A DNA stretch of 63,748 bases, counting the filler, from Pirum gemmata (lineage: Eukaryota): NCBI GenBank assembly GCA_002812295.1. It is 19 parts of 19 records of this genome, joined end to end, with 100 filler letters (N's around TTAATTAATTAA, not from the genome) between each part and the next. Parts side by side here need not be neighbours in the genome. Positions count along the whole stretch, not along the records: positions 1 to 3,271 come from PDIN01003023.1; positions 3,372 to 6,612 come from PDIN01003024.1; positions 6,713 to 10,513 come from PDIN01003025.1; positions 10,614 to 13,851 come from PDIN01003026.1; 15 more parts are not named here. One strand, written 5' to 3'. Positions 1 to 11,891 of this stretch are shown here, in pieces. The position numbers and the translations under genes are program-made. Under the pieces are notes generated by a model. It was given only the letters and a program-made list of their open reading frames with translations, was not told the DNA's origin and did no database searches. Numbering within the stretch: position 1 is the first letter of the stretch; each line of letters starts with the position of its first letter.

Positions 1-2
1 AA

Positions 3-539
3 GTTACCCAGACAACTGATAATAGCCAGACAACTGATAATAGCCAGACAACTGATAATAGCCAGACAACTGATAATAGCCAGACAACTGATAATACCCA
101 AACTGGCACCGAAGTAACCGAAACTACTAGCGTTGAAATAACCTCAACTTTGACGTCAACAACCTCAACAACCTCAACCTCATCAACAACACCAAAAACA
201 ACGCTAACATCAACGCCGTCGGTAGATAATCCTAATAATGATAAACAACAGGGTAGTGATAATGGTGATGGCAAAATGGCTGGTATTATCGCAGGTAGTG
301 TTGTCGGTAGTATTCTTGCTTGTGCAGCAATCGGCGGAGTAGCTTATATGGTTGTAACCAAAGGAGCAGGTGCTTCTGCTGCGTCCGCTGCCTCAGAAGC
401 ATCACCGGATCTGGAATCCGCGAATAATATGGTTGATTATACTGATACTCCAGGTCCTGAATTTGACGCTGACATTATAGATAACTTTCAAAGCAACATT
501 GATACGATCAACGACACATTGGATGCATTGAACTATTAA
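3..539 (+). CDS. 3' part of a mucin-like Ser/Thr-rich type-I membrane protein (5'-truncated)
   Basis: Frame is open from base 3: (QTTDNS)x5, then a Thr/Ser-rich stalk, one hydrophobic helix (AGIIAGSVVGSILACAAIGGVAYMVV), a short acidic tail and TAA at 537-539. Confidence 0.75.
   Translation, partial: VTQTTDNSQTTDNSQTTDNSQTTDNSQTTDNTQTGTEVTETTSVEITSTLTSTTSTTSTSSTTPKTTLTSTPSVDNPNNDKQQGSDNGDGKMAGIIAGSVVGSILACAAIGGVAYMVVTKGAGASAASAASEASPDLESANNMVDYTDTPGPEFDADIIDNFQSNIDTINDTLDALNY
9..98 (+). repeat. 18-bp coding tandem repeat x5 (cagacaactgataatagc)
   Basis: Directly visible; encodes QTTDNS. Confidence 0.95.
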
Positions 540-1301
540 TGATGACTTGCTTTATTTTTTAGATTGATTTAGACTTCTCCTTTTTTAAATACTTAATTAT
601 AAAAAACGTGCACATTATACATGTACATTATACATTTTTTTAAAAAATAATAAAACCTAATAAATAATTTTTATGCTTTTAAAAAATAAAAAATACTAGT
701 ACTCTTTTATCGTGTTAACAACAATATGGTTAATTAAAAATTAAAATTAGAGCGATGCTCCTGTAGCTATAGATTATTACCCAGCATTATAAATGACTTC
801 CAACATTGACATAATCAGCAATGTATTAAATTAGCTAGTGTCACTATAGACCTATATGACTATATCAGTGATGGCTTGCTAGTTATTTTTAATAATAGAA
901 TTACCATACCGTAAAGGTGTAGAGGGACATTCCTTGTTTTTGTTTTGAACTGTGATACCGATTAAAGCTTAATTCATACATGTATGATTTTAATTTAATC
1001 TTCTCTCTTTTTTTTTCTAAAAAAAAAAAAAAAAAAAAAAACAAAAAAAATTTTTTATTTGTAAAAGTAATAAGAGTAAAAGTGTTGTAAACTCCTACTA
1101 CGATACCTGGTAATGCTGGTATATATCATAGCATGAGTTTCTGATATGACTATCATATTATAATAACAAGCTTCTTGTATGATTATATGATATCAATATT
1201 AGTTTAACTTAGTATCAATCATTGCTATTTGTATTTATATTATACTTATTGATTTTAATTTGTGATTTATTTGTGTTATTTTTAGCTTTTTGTACTACCC
1301 C

Positions 1302-2902
1302 ATGACTGACGCTAGTTATTTACAAAACTCTGTTGTTAATTTGGCAGTTCTTCGGGATCACGCTAGAAATGAATTACTCGACTGTTTAGATGCTGCTGGC
1401 TCTACCCCGAAGGTATTTATTTATTATTGTAATGTAATCATAATGCTAAACTCAAATTAATACCCTCTTTCTCTCAGATTATTATTGTAGTAATAATAAT
1501 AAACTTAAATTAATATAGTCTGAGAGGGAGAGAGTATTAATTTAAGTTTATTATTACAATTATACTACATTAATAATCTGAAAGGAAGAGATTATTAATT
1601 TAAGTTTTACAATTATACTACAATAATAATTCGAGAGGAAGAGAATATTAATTTAAGTTTATTATTACGATTTATATTACAATAATATTCTGAGAGGAAG
1701 AGAGTATTAATTTAAGTTTATTATTACAATTATAGTACAATAATAATATGAGACGGAGAGAGTATTATTTTTTTACTATTACAATTATACCACAATAATA
1801 ATCTGAGAGGGAGAGAGTATTATTTTAAATTTATTATTACAATTTTACCACAAAAATAATCTGAGAGGGAGAGAGTATTATTTTAAATTTATTATTAATT
1901 ATACCGCAATAATAATCTAAGAGGGAGAAAGTAATAATTTAAGTTTATTATTAAAATTATACTACAATAATAATCTGAGAGGAAGAGAGTATTAATTTAA
2001 ATTTATTATTACAATTATACCACAATGAAAATTTGAGAGGAAAGAGTATTAATTTAAGTTTATTATTACAATTATACTGCAATAATAATTTGAGAGGAGA
2101 GTGCATTATTTTAAATTTATTATTACAATTATACCACAACAATAATCTGAGAGGGAAAGAGTATAGTAGGATTTTAATTTTTGGGATTTATACATATTCA
2201 GTATTTATTGTTTTTTCTACTTACTTAATTTTTTTTTTGGCTTTAATGTTTTTACCATTTTTCAGTGTGTAGTGCTGGATCCCTCAGTTGGACTTTTATC
2301 TATAGTTGCTGATGTCACTCTTTTGAAGGTAATTATTGTTTATTGTTAATTGCTATTTGTTAATTGTTAATTGTTATCAATTTTTTGTTATTTGTTATAT
2401 TTTATTATCGTTTTTATTTATTTATTATTCTTTTAATTTTGTTATTTTTTATTTGTTATTGTTATTGTTATTGTTATTTGTAGTTTAATATTGTTATTGA
2501 TATTAATATTTGTTATTTAGTATTATTATTGTTATTATTGGTATTGTTGTATGTTATTTTTATTGTTTTTATTTTTTCTAATATGGAGTCAAGCAAAAGT
2601 GTAAATTGTTATTGCTATTGTTAATTGTTAATTGTTAATTGTTAATTGTTTATTGTTACTTGTTACTTGTTACTTGTTACTTGTTACTTGTTACCTGTTA
2701 CTTATTATTGTTATTAATATTTGTTATTTGTTATTGTTTTTAGTATTATTATATATTCTTTTTATTATTGTAATTTTTTCTAGAAACATGGAGTCGAGCA
2801 AAAATGCAGTTTGTACGGAGATTTAGAAACTCATCTCTCTAGTATTGTTTATTTTGTCCGTCCTTGTATAGAATCAATGAAGTACATCGTTTCACATGTT
2901 AA
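1302..2902 (+). CDS. VPS33: Vacuolar protein sorting 33 (Sec1/Munc18 family), first three exons: 1302-1412, 2266-2328, 2784-2902; 3'-truncated
   Basis: Spliced GT-AG translation MTDASYLQNSVVNLAVLRDHARNELLDCLDAAGSTPK|CVVLDPSVGLLSIVADVTLLK|KHGVEQKCSLYGDLETHLSSIVYFVRPCIESMKYIVSHV follows the Vps33A N-terminus pattern (VNLxxLR..ELxxxLD..LLKEHxV..IIFFVRP). Confidence 0.88.
1445..2165. repeat. ~60-bp intronic minisatellite (about 11 copies) preceded by one inverted copy
   Basis: Unit ataatctgagagggagagagtattaatttaagtttattattacaattatactacaata repeats over ~1510-2165; a reverse-complement copy lies at ~1448-1514. Confidence 0.9.
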
Positions 2903-2963
2903 GTAAGTATGGTTATCAACACCACCAACACTACCACCAACAACACTACCAACAACAAATGAC

Positions 2964-3007
<44 letters not shown>

Positions 3008-3271
3008 TTATGATTATTATTTTATTATTTGTGATTTTTATTTATTATTTGTTGTATTCATTATTTATTATTTGTTTATTGTTTTTTATTTGTCATTTAT
3101 TATTTATTATTTATTTATTATTTATTATTTATTTATTATTTATTATTTACTATTTATTATATATAAATTATTTTATTTTTATTTATTTTATTTTATTTTT
3201 TTATTTTTTATTTTATTATTATTATTCAAATTATTATTCTAGCAAGATTTTGTTTCTACGTTCTTTGTTTT

Positions 3272-3371
3272 NNNNNNNNNNNNNNNNNNNNNNNNNNNNN
3301 NNNNNNNNNNNNNNNTTAATTAATTAANNNNNNNNNNNNNNNNNNNNNNNNNNNNNNNNNNNNNNNNNNNN
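3272..3371. other. Artificial contig linker (N-run, TTAATTAATTAA, N-run). It recurs at ~6613, 10514, 13852, 17226, 20599, 23933, 27272, 30641, 33981, 37350, 40701, 44072, 47424, 50768, 54136, 57457 and 60824
   Basis: The same 100-nt spacer with stop codons in all six frames appears about every 3.3 kb. Confidence 0.98.
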
Positions 3372-3422
3372 TTACTATTACTATTACTATTACTATTATT
3401 ATATTATTATTATTATTATTGT

Positions 3423-3760
3423 ACCCTAACCCTAACCATATACAACTCTAACCATAATCTTATAACTCTAGCCATAACCATATAACACTCCCATAAACAT
3501 ATAACCCTACTAACCATATAGCCCTAACCCTTGACCCCAACTCTAACCCTTGACCCTAACCCTAACCCTTGACCCTAACCCTAACCCTTGACCCTAACCC
3601 TAACCCTAACCCTTGACCCTAACCCTAACCCTAACCCTCAACCCTTTCCCTTAACCCTTAACCCTAACCCTGACCCTTAACCCTAACCCTAACCCTTAAC
3701 CCTAACCCTTAACCCTTAACCCTTAACCCTAACCCTAACCCTAACCCTAACCCTAACCTA
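3423..3760 (+). repeat. Interstitial telomere-like (CCCTAA)n array with variant units
   Basis: Visible ccctaa, cccttga and cccttaa repeats upstream of the ABCA exon. Confidence 0.9.
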
Positions 3761-3973
3761 ATATGATGCTAACATTTTAAATAGTTTTGCTAATACATTT
3801 TACAATCTAACTGGTTCAAAATGGATAACATTTGGTGGAAGTTATCCAGGCATGTTATCGGCGTGGGCTCGGTATTTGATAATTACTACTACCACTATTA
3901 TTATTATTATTATTATTATTATTATCCTAACCTTACTACCCCTTTCTATAAATTTTGATCAAAAAGGTTTGAA

Positions 3974-6550
3974 ATGGATGATATGGAAAATGTCTTTTTA
4001 AAAATCGTCAACAAACCAGTTAACCCAGAAAACATGAAATTTTTAGGTAAAGGGAAATATAAGAACACCAACAGCCAAGTACTTAAAGCAATGCTAAAAA
4101 AACGTTGGCTGAACGGCAAACATGAATTGGCTCTGTGGGTTGGTATCTTTTTAGTTTCAGTTTTATTCGTTTCTGTTCCTTTAATGTTAGGAACTATTGA
4201 CATATCACAATATTTAACTGGCGCGGATATTCAATATTCCGAAATTAGTCAGTACCAAGGTTTTGTTAATACGTTAATGCAAGGTTTGGTTTTGGTCTTT
4301 TGTTTTACTTTTATTCAAGTACCTGCCATTGCTGCCTTGGTTATTGAAAAAGAACTAAACCATAACGTAAAAGAAATGCAGTTATTAAGTGGTGTGAAGT
4401 TATGGATATATTGGTTAGGGGCTTATTTATGGGATCAAGTATATTATATTTTATTTGCTTTGTTTGCTTTTTCGTTTGCGCTTGGGTTTTCAAACTCACA
4501 TCCAGACTGCGCAAAAGCTTGTGGGACTCAGCCTAACCAGTGTAACAATTACCAAGGTTGTTCTTCTGATGGCTATCCAGTAGGTTATTCACGGATCAAG
4601 TTTGATGACAATTTACAATTTGAATTCCCAGTTTTAATATTTTCTTATGGTTTGTTAATTGCTTTGTTTGTTCTTGTATTACCTGCTTGGGTTTATGCTA
4701 TTACTGTTAAATTTAAAGAACATACCAAAGCTATTGTTTATGCGATTGTTTTGAGTACTGTGTTGGGTATAGGTTTACCACTAATTATTTTACTTATGAA
4801 TCAAATCAATGTAAATATAGGAAATATTTCTACCAGTATTATTGCTACCATGTTTGATCTTGTGTTCAATTTGGTACCGATATACGCGTTAATGATGGGG
4901 TTGTGTTACCCTAAAATTAAGATATTCAATAGTAGTGCTTCAGATAATGTGGATTATATTAATAATGGTTGTAGTCCTAATGTCTATAGTTTTCCTGATT
5001 TTTTCCAATGTAGAACTTGGTACGCTGATTTATTCTTCCGCGCTGCTTATATGGTTGTTGTTGGTATTGGTTGTTGGTTGTATTTATATTGCCACGAAAC
5101 TGGTTGTGGGTTCCTCAGTTGTTTGTTCCCTTGTTGTTTTCAAACTCGACTGTCCGATTTTCGTAGTCACCCAAGTAGAATCCAAGATGAAGAAGATTTG
5201 CAACAAGAAAAAGATAGAATGAAGCACAGTAGATACAATAATAATAATAGTAATGATAGTAGTGATAGTAATAATGTTGTGATGAATAAGAGAAGTAAGG
5301 GCGATGCTTTACAATTAAGGGATTTGACTAAAGGTTATAATGGGAAGGATCTTCTTTCACTAGAAGGGGTATCATTTGGGGTTCAGAGTGGTGAAGTTTT
5401 CGGTTACTTAGGGGCAAATGGGGCTGGAAAATCAACTACTTTGAAAATTTTAACCGGGATTGAAAAACCAACTTCAGGGGGAGCTTATATACAAGACATA
5501 CATATCAGCAAAAGTAAAAACAGTATCTCTGAAGCTCGAAAGCGTTTGGGGTATTGTTCTCAAACAGACAATTTATTCGGTAATTTTACTGTTGAAGAAC
5601 ATTTACAAATCTTTGGAATGATTCATGGCTATGATAATATTGACGAAGTAGTTGACATTAGTATTAACAACATGCAATTAGGTGATTATCGTAAAGTGGA
5701 AAGTGATCAGCTGAGTGGCGGCAATAAACGTAAGTTAATGACAACATTATGTTTGTTAGGTAGTCCAGAAGTTTTATTATTAGATGAACCGAGTTCAGGT
5801 ATGGATCCTTGTGCGCAAAGGTTTTTGTGGAATACAATTGAAAATGTCCGAGATCGTAGTGGGGCTGCTATAGTATTGACCTCACATAGTTTTCCTGAAA
5901 TCCAAGCTTTATGTGATCGTATTGGTATTTTGGTTGAAGGTAAACTAAGGTGCATTGGCCCTGAACATTATTTAACTTCAAAGTTTACTAAGAGTTATAC
6001 TGTTACTACTTTTAATAAGAGTGTTAGATATGTTACTAATGCTGATAATGATAATGATGATGATGATGGGTTTGTAACCTATAACCAACTTGTGGCTGCT
6101 GAAGCATCTTCTAATGCTAGTGATAACGTTAGTAATGGTAGTATTGGCGTTACTGATGGTGACATTATATTAACAAATATCAGTAAGAAAAATAGTATGA
6201 ATAAGAAAAATAGTCGTTCTAATTATGGTGCTAACTTTGGTTTGAATAATGAATTGATTAGTAAGTTTAATGCTAGGTTTGGAGTTGATAACGTTGTAGT
6301 TACGACTGATAGTAGAGAAGGGGTTACTAATTGTCATATTCAAAAATCGGATTCCTTCTCTCAGGTTTTTGCCTTTCTGCAAGGTTTAGTTGATAATGGT
6401 GATGTTGATTTGTTTAGTATTATTGATGGGGATTTGGATTCAATGTTTTCACAATGGATTGAAGACGTTGCTAGTGAATCAAATCGTCATGATTATGGTC
6501 TGAATAGGACGTCGACTAATTATTCAAAATTAAATATTAACAAAGTTTAG
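3974..6550 (+). CDS. ABC transporter subfamily A, C-terminal half (TMD2 + NBD2); upstream exons missing
   Basis: Walker A GANGAGKST, signature LSGGNKRKL, Walker B LLLDEPSSGMDP, H-loop LTSHS and multiple TM helices. The ORF begins with an 'MENVFLKI' motif like the xxLEEVFL motif that ends the first half of ABCAs. Confidence 0.93.
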   Translation: MDDMENVFLKIVNKPVNPENMKFLGKGKYKNTNSQVLKAMLKKRWLNGKHELALWVGIFLVSVLFVSVPLMLGTIDISQYLTGADIQYSEISQYQGFVNTLMQGLVLVFCFTFIQVPAIAALVIEKELNHNVKEMQLLSGVKLWIYWLGAYLWDQVYYILFALFAFSFALGFSNSHPDCAKACGTQPNQCNNYQGCSSDGYPVGYSRIKFDDNLQFEFPVLIFSYGLLIALFVLVLPAWVYAITVKFKEHTKAIVYAIVLSTVLGIGLPLIILLMNQINVNIGNISTSIIATMFDLVFNLVPIYALMMGLCYPKIKIFNSSASDNVDYINNGCSPNVYSFPDFFQCRTWYADLFFRAAYMVVVGIGCWLYLYCHETGCGFLSCLFPCCFQTRLSDFRSHPSRIQDEEDLQQEKDRMKHSRYNNNNSNDSSDSNNVVMNKRSKGDALQLRDLTKGYNGKDLLSLEGVSFGVQSGEVFGYLGANGAGKSTTLKILTGIEKPTSGGAYIQDIHISKSKNSISEARKRLGYCSQTDNLFGNFTVEEHLQIFGMIHGYDNIDEVVDISINNMQLGDYRKVESDQLSGGNKRKLMTTLCLLGSPEVLLLDEPSSGMDPCAQRFLWNTIENVRDRSGAAIVLTSHSFPEIQALCDRIGILVEGKLRCIGPEHYLTSKFTKSYTVTTFNKSVRYVTNADNDNDDDDGFVTYNQLVAAEASSNASDNVSNGSIGVTDGDIILTNISKKNSMNKKNSRSNYGANFGLNNELISKFNARFGVDNVVVTTDSREGVTNCHIQKSDSFSQVFAFLQGLVDNGDVDLFSIIDGDLDSMFSQWIEDVASESNRHDYGLNRTSTNYSKLNINKV

Positions 6551-6797
6551 TAAGATTGGGGTGGGGTGGGGGTTTAGGATTGGGGGTTAGGGGTTAGGGG
6601 TTGTAAAAAAGGNNNNNNNNNNNNNNNNNNNNNNNNNNNNNNNNNNNNNNNNNNNNTTAATTAATTAANNNNNNNNNNNNNNNNNNNNNNNNNNNNNNNN
6701 NNNNNNNNNNNNTGCTTTGTTTTTTTTTTGGTTTTTTTTTGGTTTTTTTGTTTTGTTTTTGTTTTTGTTTTTTTATGATTAGAGAATAATACTAAAA

Positions 6798-9700
6798 CTA
6801 AAACTCATCTGTGCTACAATAGTGTGAATTCTGTTCATCTGTTGTAGTAGAATACTCATTACTAACAATATTATTAACATCTAACATATTTTGGGTTGAT
6901 TGCTTTTCATCTGGATTATCATATTTCATAGCAAAAAATGACATTTCAGATTCATCTTCCAATTTACCACCAGCAGCCATAAATTCAGCATCAGATTGTA
7001 ATTCAAGAGTAGGTGCATCATCACCCAATAACTCTTTGATATTTTTCTTTTCTTTCATCTTTTCTTTACGTTTTCTGCAGTAAATAGCTAGACCAATACC
7101 TAAAGCAATTAATACAACCGAACCAACCACTACTCCAGCAATTATCGGAGTCATGTCTGTTGGAGGTTTTCCACAATAACCACCGTTTTGTACTTCAAAA
7201 CCGGATGCACAAACAGAGCACGCAGCAAATTGCGAACCATCCCCAATACATGTGTTGGAGACATTCAAGCAATCCTTTGGAGTTGACCTGGTTAAGTTAG
7301 CTACACAAGAAGCACAGTATTGTGAACCTGAAGTTTCAAGTATGGTCCAATTTGGTGCAGCATCAGAATTACAGTCCACACACACAACTTGATCATTACT
7401 ATCGGAATAAATTGCAGCTTGTAACTCTGGCGCTAAATGAGAGCAATAATTACATTTAGTATCAATATCATTCAATTTTGACAGTGTTGACTCGTCGTTA
7501 ATTACACAATCGAATTCGGTGTTGTTAATAATATTGATCATGCTTTTAAGAGCTTCTTCGTTACTACAACAATGTAGATTTGTATTGCCGGTCATTTTTA
7601 ATTCAGTATACGTATCAGTTTTGTACAATTGAGAAAAAGTGGTGTCCGTTATTTTGTTTAAGTTGTTATTACTAACATCTAACGTTTTTAGTAGTGTTAA
7701 AGTAGCAAACATGGCTTCATCCAATACAACCAAATCATTGTTGGCGAGGTTAAGTGAGGTAAGTTTAGTGTTTTTAGTAAAAGTATTGACGGACAGAATA
7801 TTCAGTGTGTTATTCTTTACGTTTAAGTCTGCAAGATTTAAAAACTTGTCAAACATATTATCTTTAAAATTACCAAGCTGAAGCTTTTCTAAATTCAAAG
7901 ATATTATATTTTGAGGAATATTGTCCATAATATCCCAGTTATCAAAAGGGTTACCTTGGATATTAAGGGTAGTGACGGTATCAGGAATAGAGCCTTGAGG
8001 AACATTAGTAAGATTGTTATTGTTAATAGAAAAAATTGATAATGACAATTGATTGACAATATTGGTTAAATTATTAATTTGATTATCTCCTAAATCCAAT
8101 TTGTTTAATGCTAGAAACGTATTCATTTTCCCTTCAACGCCTGCTGATGTGATAGCGTTGGAAGCCAGTTTTAAAGTTTCAAGAGTGGTGAAAGAGAGAA
8201 GACCATCGACAGAAGTAATAAGATTATTACTTAAATCTAAAACTTGAAGACTATTCAGAATAGGTGTACTTGTTGGATTTACAATTTTGTTATTGGCAAC
8301 ATACAATTCTGTGATGATGTTATCCCCGGTGTTAGATGGAATCGCATTTAATTCATTGTTAGACAAATCACTATTTTTTTAAATACATAATAAATGTTAG
8401 TACATAATAATAATAAATAACAATAATAAATAACAATAATAAATAATAATAATAAATAATAATAAATAATAGTTTATAATAATAATAAATAATAATAATA
8501 ATAAATAATAAATAATAATAAATAATAATAATAATAAATAATAAGAAATAATATTAATATCATGAACAATAATACGTAATAAGTATTAACAATAAATAAT
8601 AATAATAATAATAACAATAAATAATAATGAATAATAATAATAATAATAATAAATAATAATAACATTTATAAAAACACTTACACAATCACTTTAGTTAGAC
8701 CAGAAGTAGCAAACATATTATTTTCAACTGATTCAATGCCGAAATTACTTAAATCAACAGTAATATCATCACAATTACCTGTCCAATCTTGAGTTCGCTT
8801 AAATTGGCTCAATTTTTTGTTTTGGTCAATAGAAAATGAGTACATACTACAATGAATTCTGTCCCCAAAGTCTCGCACGGCATCTTCAGGTACACCTGCG
8901 AAATTATCTACTTCTATCCGGGTGATTTGAGTATTTTTAATAGTAAGGGTTTTAAGGTTATTTGCGGAGTTAAAAAAACCAACGGGGATGGAAGTAATTA
9001 AATCATTGCTAGAAATATCTAAACCAATTAATTGTTTAGCTTTCCAGATTGCCATAACGTCGCCTAAGTTAGTAACCGCTGTATTTTTCATGACTAAGTG
9101 AAATTCCTCTTCGTGTTTGGTTCCTCCGTTATCAGAATCAAAAGTATTATCTTCGATTGTTTTGATATTATTATTACTTAGATCAATAAGCGGACAATGA
9201 GTTAAATTCACAGCTTCACCATCCAAAGTCTTAATAGTCATTAACACACCAGTTTCATCATTAAAATCAAAACCATTGATACCACACAAATAACTTGGAT
9301 CCAAATAAACACCACCTCTTATACCTGCGTTTTCTCTTGCAAACATTGGTACTTGAAAAATACCATACGGCAATAAACGAAATTTCAAAACTTGAAACTC
9401 CATATGATTAAGTAACATTCTATCCATCATATTGGCAGGCAAAGTAGTAAAATCGTTAAAACTCATTCTTAAAGCTGTTAATTTTGTAAAATTAGAAAAA
9501 TCAGGTGCAACGAGAAGATGATTGACATTAAGATTGATTTCAGTTAAAGTGTTAGTATGCAAGGCAAGGGACCCAATAGCCATAGTTTCAATTTTGTTAT
9601 TACTTAAGTTAATCTTTTCTATTCCGGTTACCTGATCGAAAGAGGTGCTTTCCACCACCGTTATTTCACCTTCACCTTCACAAATACGAGTAAGATTTAA

Positions 9701-9834
9701 ACATTTGTTGGAAGTTTTCTTCCAGGCATCTTGATCTGATAATTTCAAATCGGTTGGTTCTGATTTAGTACCACCCAAATCAATTGTTGTGCATTTTATT
9801 CCTGGTATTTTGGGTCCTATTAATCTTCCATTTT
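6798..9834 (-). CDS. Leucine-rich-repeat, Cys-rich, single-pass receptor-like protein; exons 9834-8682 and 8370-6798; 5'-truncated
   Basis: Many LxxLxLxxNxI repeats in both ORFs. A GTAAGT...TAG intron at 8681-8371 joins them in frame (VIV|DLSNNEL). They are followed by an LRR C-cap, a CxxC-rich module, a TM helix (IIAGVVVGSVVLIALGIGLAIYC), RKRK and a short tail. Confidence 0.88.
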
Positions 9835-9996
9835 CTATGTAGTTAAATGTATTATAGAAAATATGGTTAATGTTTATGTAATAATAATTATAATAATAAT
9901 AATGATAATAATAATAAATAGTAATATGATAATAATGTATAATAATATATAATAATATATAATAATTATATATTATTATATATTAATTTTAATATN

Positions 9997-10225
9997 GATT
10001 AGGATTAGGATTGGGATTAGGATTGGGATTAGGATTAGGATTAGGATTAGGATTGGGATTAGGATTGGGATTAGGATTAGGAATAGGATTAGGATTAGGA
10101 TTAGGATTAGGATTAGGATTAGGATTAGGATTAGGATTAGGATTAGTGGATTAGGATTAGGATTAAGGTAAGGATTAGTGGATTAGGATTAGGATTAGGA
10201 TTAGGATTAGGATTAGGGTAAGGGT
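9997..10225 (+). repeat. (GATTAG)n telomere-variant microsatellite in the intron upstream of the LRR exon
   Basis: Directly visible. Confidence 0.9.
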
Positions 10226-10778
10226 TATTAGCATTATTAGTTTATTATTACTGTTAATATAACTACTACACTCGCGAATAATGTTAGCGTTACTCATACT
10301 ATTACCAATACCATTACCATTAGGCATTACCCTTACTCTTACCCTTACCATTACTATTACCAGTGTCATTAGCATTGCTATCACCATCACATTAACATCA
10401 CCATCACCACCACCACGACCACGACACCACGACCACTACCACGACCACCACGACCACTACCACGACCACTACCACGACCACTACCACGACCACTACCACG
10501 ACCACTACCACGANNNNNNNNNNNNNNNNNNNNNNNNNNNNNNNNNNNNNNNNNNNNTTAATTAATTAANNNNNNNNNNNNNNNNNNNNNNNNNNNNNNN
10601 NNNNNNNNNNNNNTTTTACATATAAATATGAAGGAATAGCATCACAAAATCAAAACAAAAAACCAAAACCAAAAAACCAAAAAAAAGAAAACAAAAAAAC
10701 ATTTAAAAAAACAAAACAACAACAACAATAACAAACAACAGCAACAATATTATAAAAGAAAATAATATTAATTAAAAC

Positions 10779-11591
10779 ATGCAGTTTTTTAAAACCACTA
10801 CTACCATATTACTATTCGTTGCTAGTTGCACTAATCATGTATTAGGTCACAGAAAACCAAAAATCGAAAACATTGAAAACACGCACACTGTTCATTGTGA
10901 GCAAAAACTTTGGCACCAGGAACTTTACGAAAATTCACGACATATTCGCAGTTGTGTTGACCAAAAAATGGGATACCTCCCAACCCCAAAATGGCATGAA
11001 AACCAAAACACTCGCACTGTTGCTAAAATGGTGAACGGGAAAAATGTCTTAGGGCCCGTGCCTGGAACCACTGCTTCGAATGTAATCCATGATATATTTC
11101 GATTTCGAAGATCGCATCATAATAAAGGAAAAAAAGAGTATACTACTAATATTATAAAATCTGATAAAATTTATGATAACGGTATTAGTGTTTCTCAGGT
11201 GTTGGGCTGTTTAGATACATTGATTAACAATGATAATAACAATGGTAATAATAATGTTAATAATAATGGTAATAATAATGGTAATAATCCTAATGGATAT
11301 AATGGATATAATGGATATAATGGATATAATGGATATAATGGATATAATGGTGATAAAGGTATTAATAATATGGGTAACAGTAATGGCAACAGTAATGGTA
11401 ACGGTAATAACGGTGATAATAGTAAGGATGATAATGATGATGATGATAAGGAAATGAAGTGCACTGTTATTAACAAATTTATCAACAATAATATTAATGA
11501 AAATGATAATATAAAAGAAAAAGAATGCCCAGTTTGTCAGTGCCCAGATCCTACTGGTCCAATTACACCAGCAGCCTTATTAAAAAAATAA
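10779..11591 (+). CDS. Secreted protein of unknown function with an Asn/Gly-rich (NGY)n insert, 270 aa, intronless
   Basis: ATG follows an A-rich leader; signal-peptide-like N-terminus; non-repetitive Cys-containing N- and C-terminal parts; RFRR motif. Confidence 0.7.
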   Translation: MQFFKTTTTILLFVASCTNHVLGHRKPKIENIENTHTVHCEQKLWHQELYENSRHIRSCVDQKMGYLPTPKWHENQNTRTVAKMVNGKNVLGPVPGTTASNVIHDIFRFRRSHHNKGKKEYTTNIIKSDKIYDNGISVSQVLGCLDTLINNDNNNGNNNVNNNGNNNGNNPNGYNGYNGYNGYNGYNGYNGDKGINNMGNSNGNSNGNGNNGDNSKDDNDDDDKEMKCTVINKFINNNINENDNIKEKECPVCQCPDPTGPITPAALLKK

Positions 11592-11771
11592 TTTTATGAT
11601 TATTCTATATTATATATTATTATATTGTGTCTCATGTTATTTATAACGAATAAACCATTACCTGCTGTATTTTATTTATTATTTTTTTTTTTTGTTTTCT
11701 AACGCTTGGATTAAAACTTGCATTTCTCATCAAAACTTGTATTTTCAACAAACTATCATTAAAGAAATTTT

Positions 11772-11891
11772 TTCAAATAATACGTCACGTCAAGGGGTAG
11801 GTAGGTAGCTGGTATTTGACCAGATATTAACGTCGTGGGGTAGGTAAGTAGGGGTATTTGAAGCTGTATTTGACTGGAAATTGGCGCTCCC
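11772..11891 (+). mobile_element. MITE family A copy (PIF/Harbinger Tourist-like), left end eroded
   Basis: Near-identical to the copies at 20850, 21787 and 22294; ends gcgctccc+taa. Confidence 0.75.

Noticed and set aside
1510..2165. Regular repeats resembling a CRISPR array
   Set aside because: The units are head-to-tail with no unique spacers, lie in a spliceosomal intron, and no cas genes are present.
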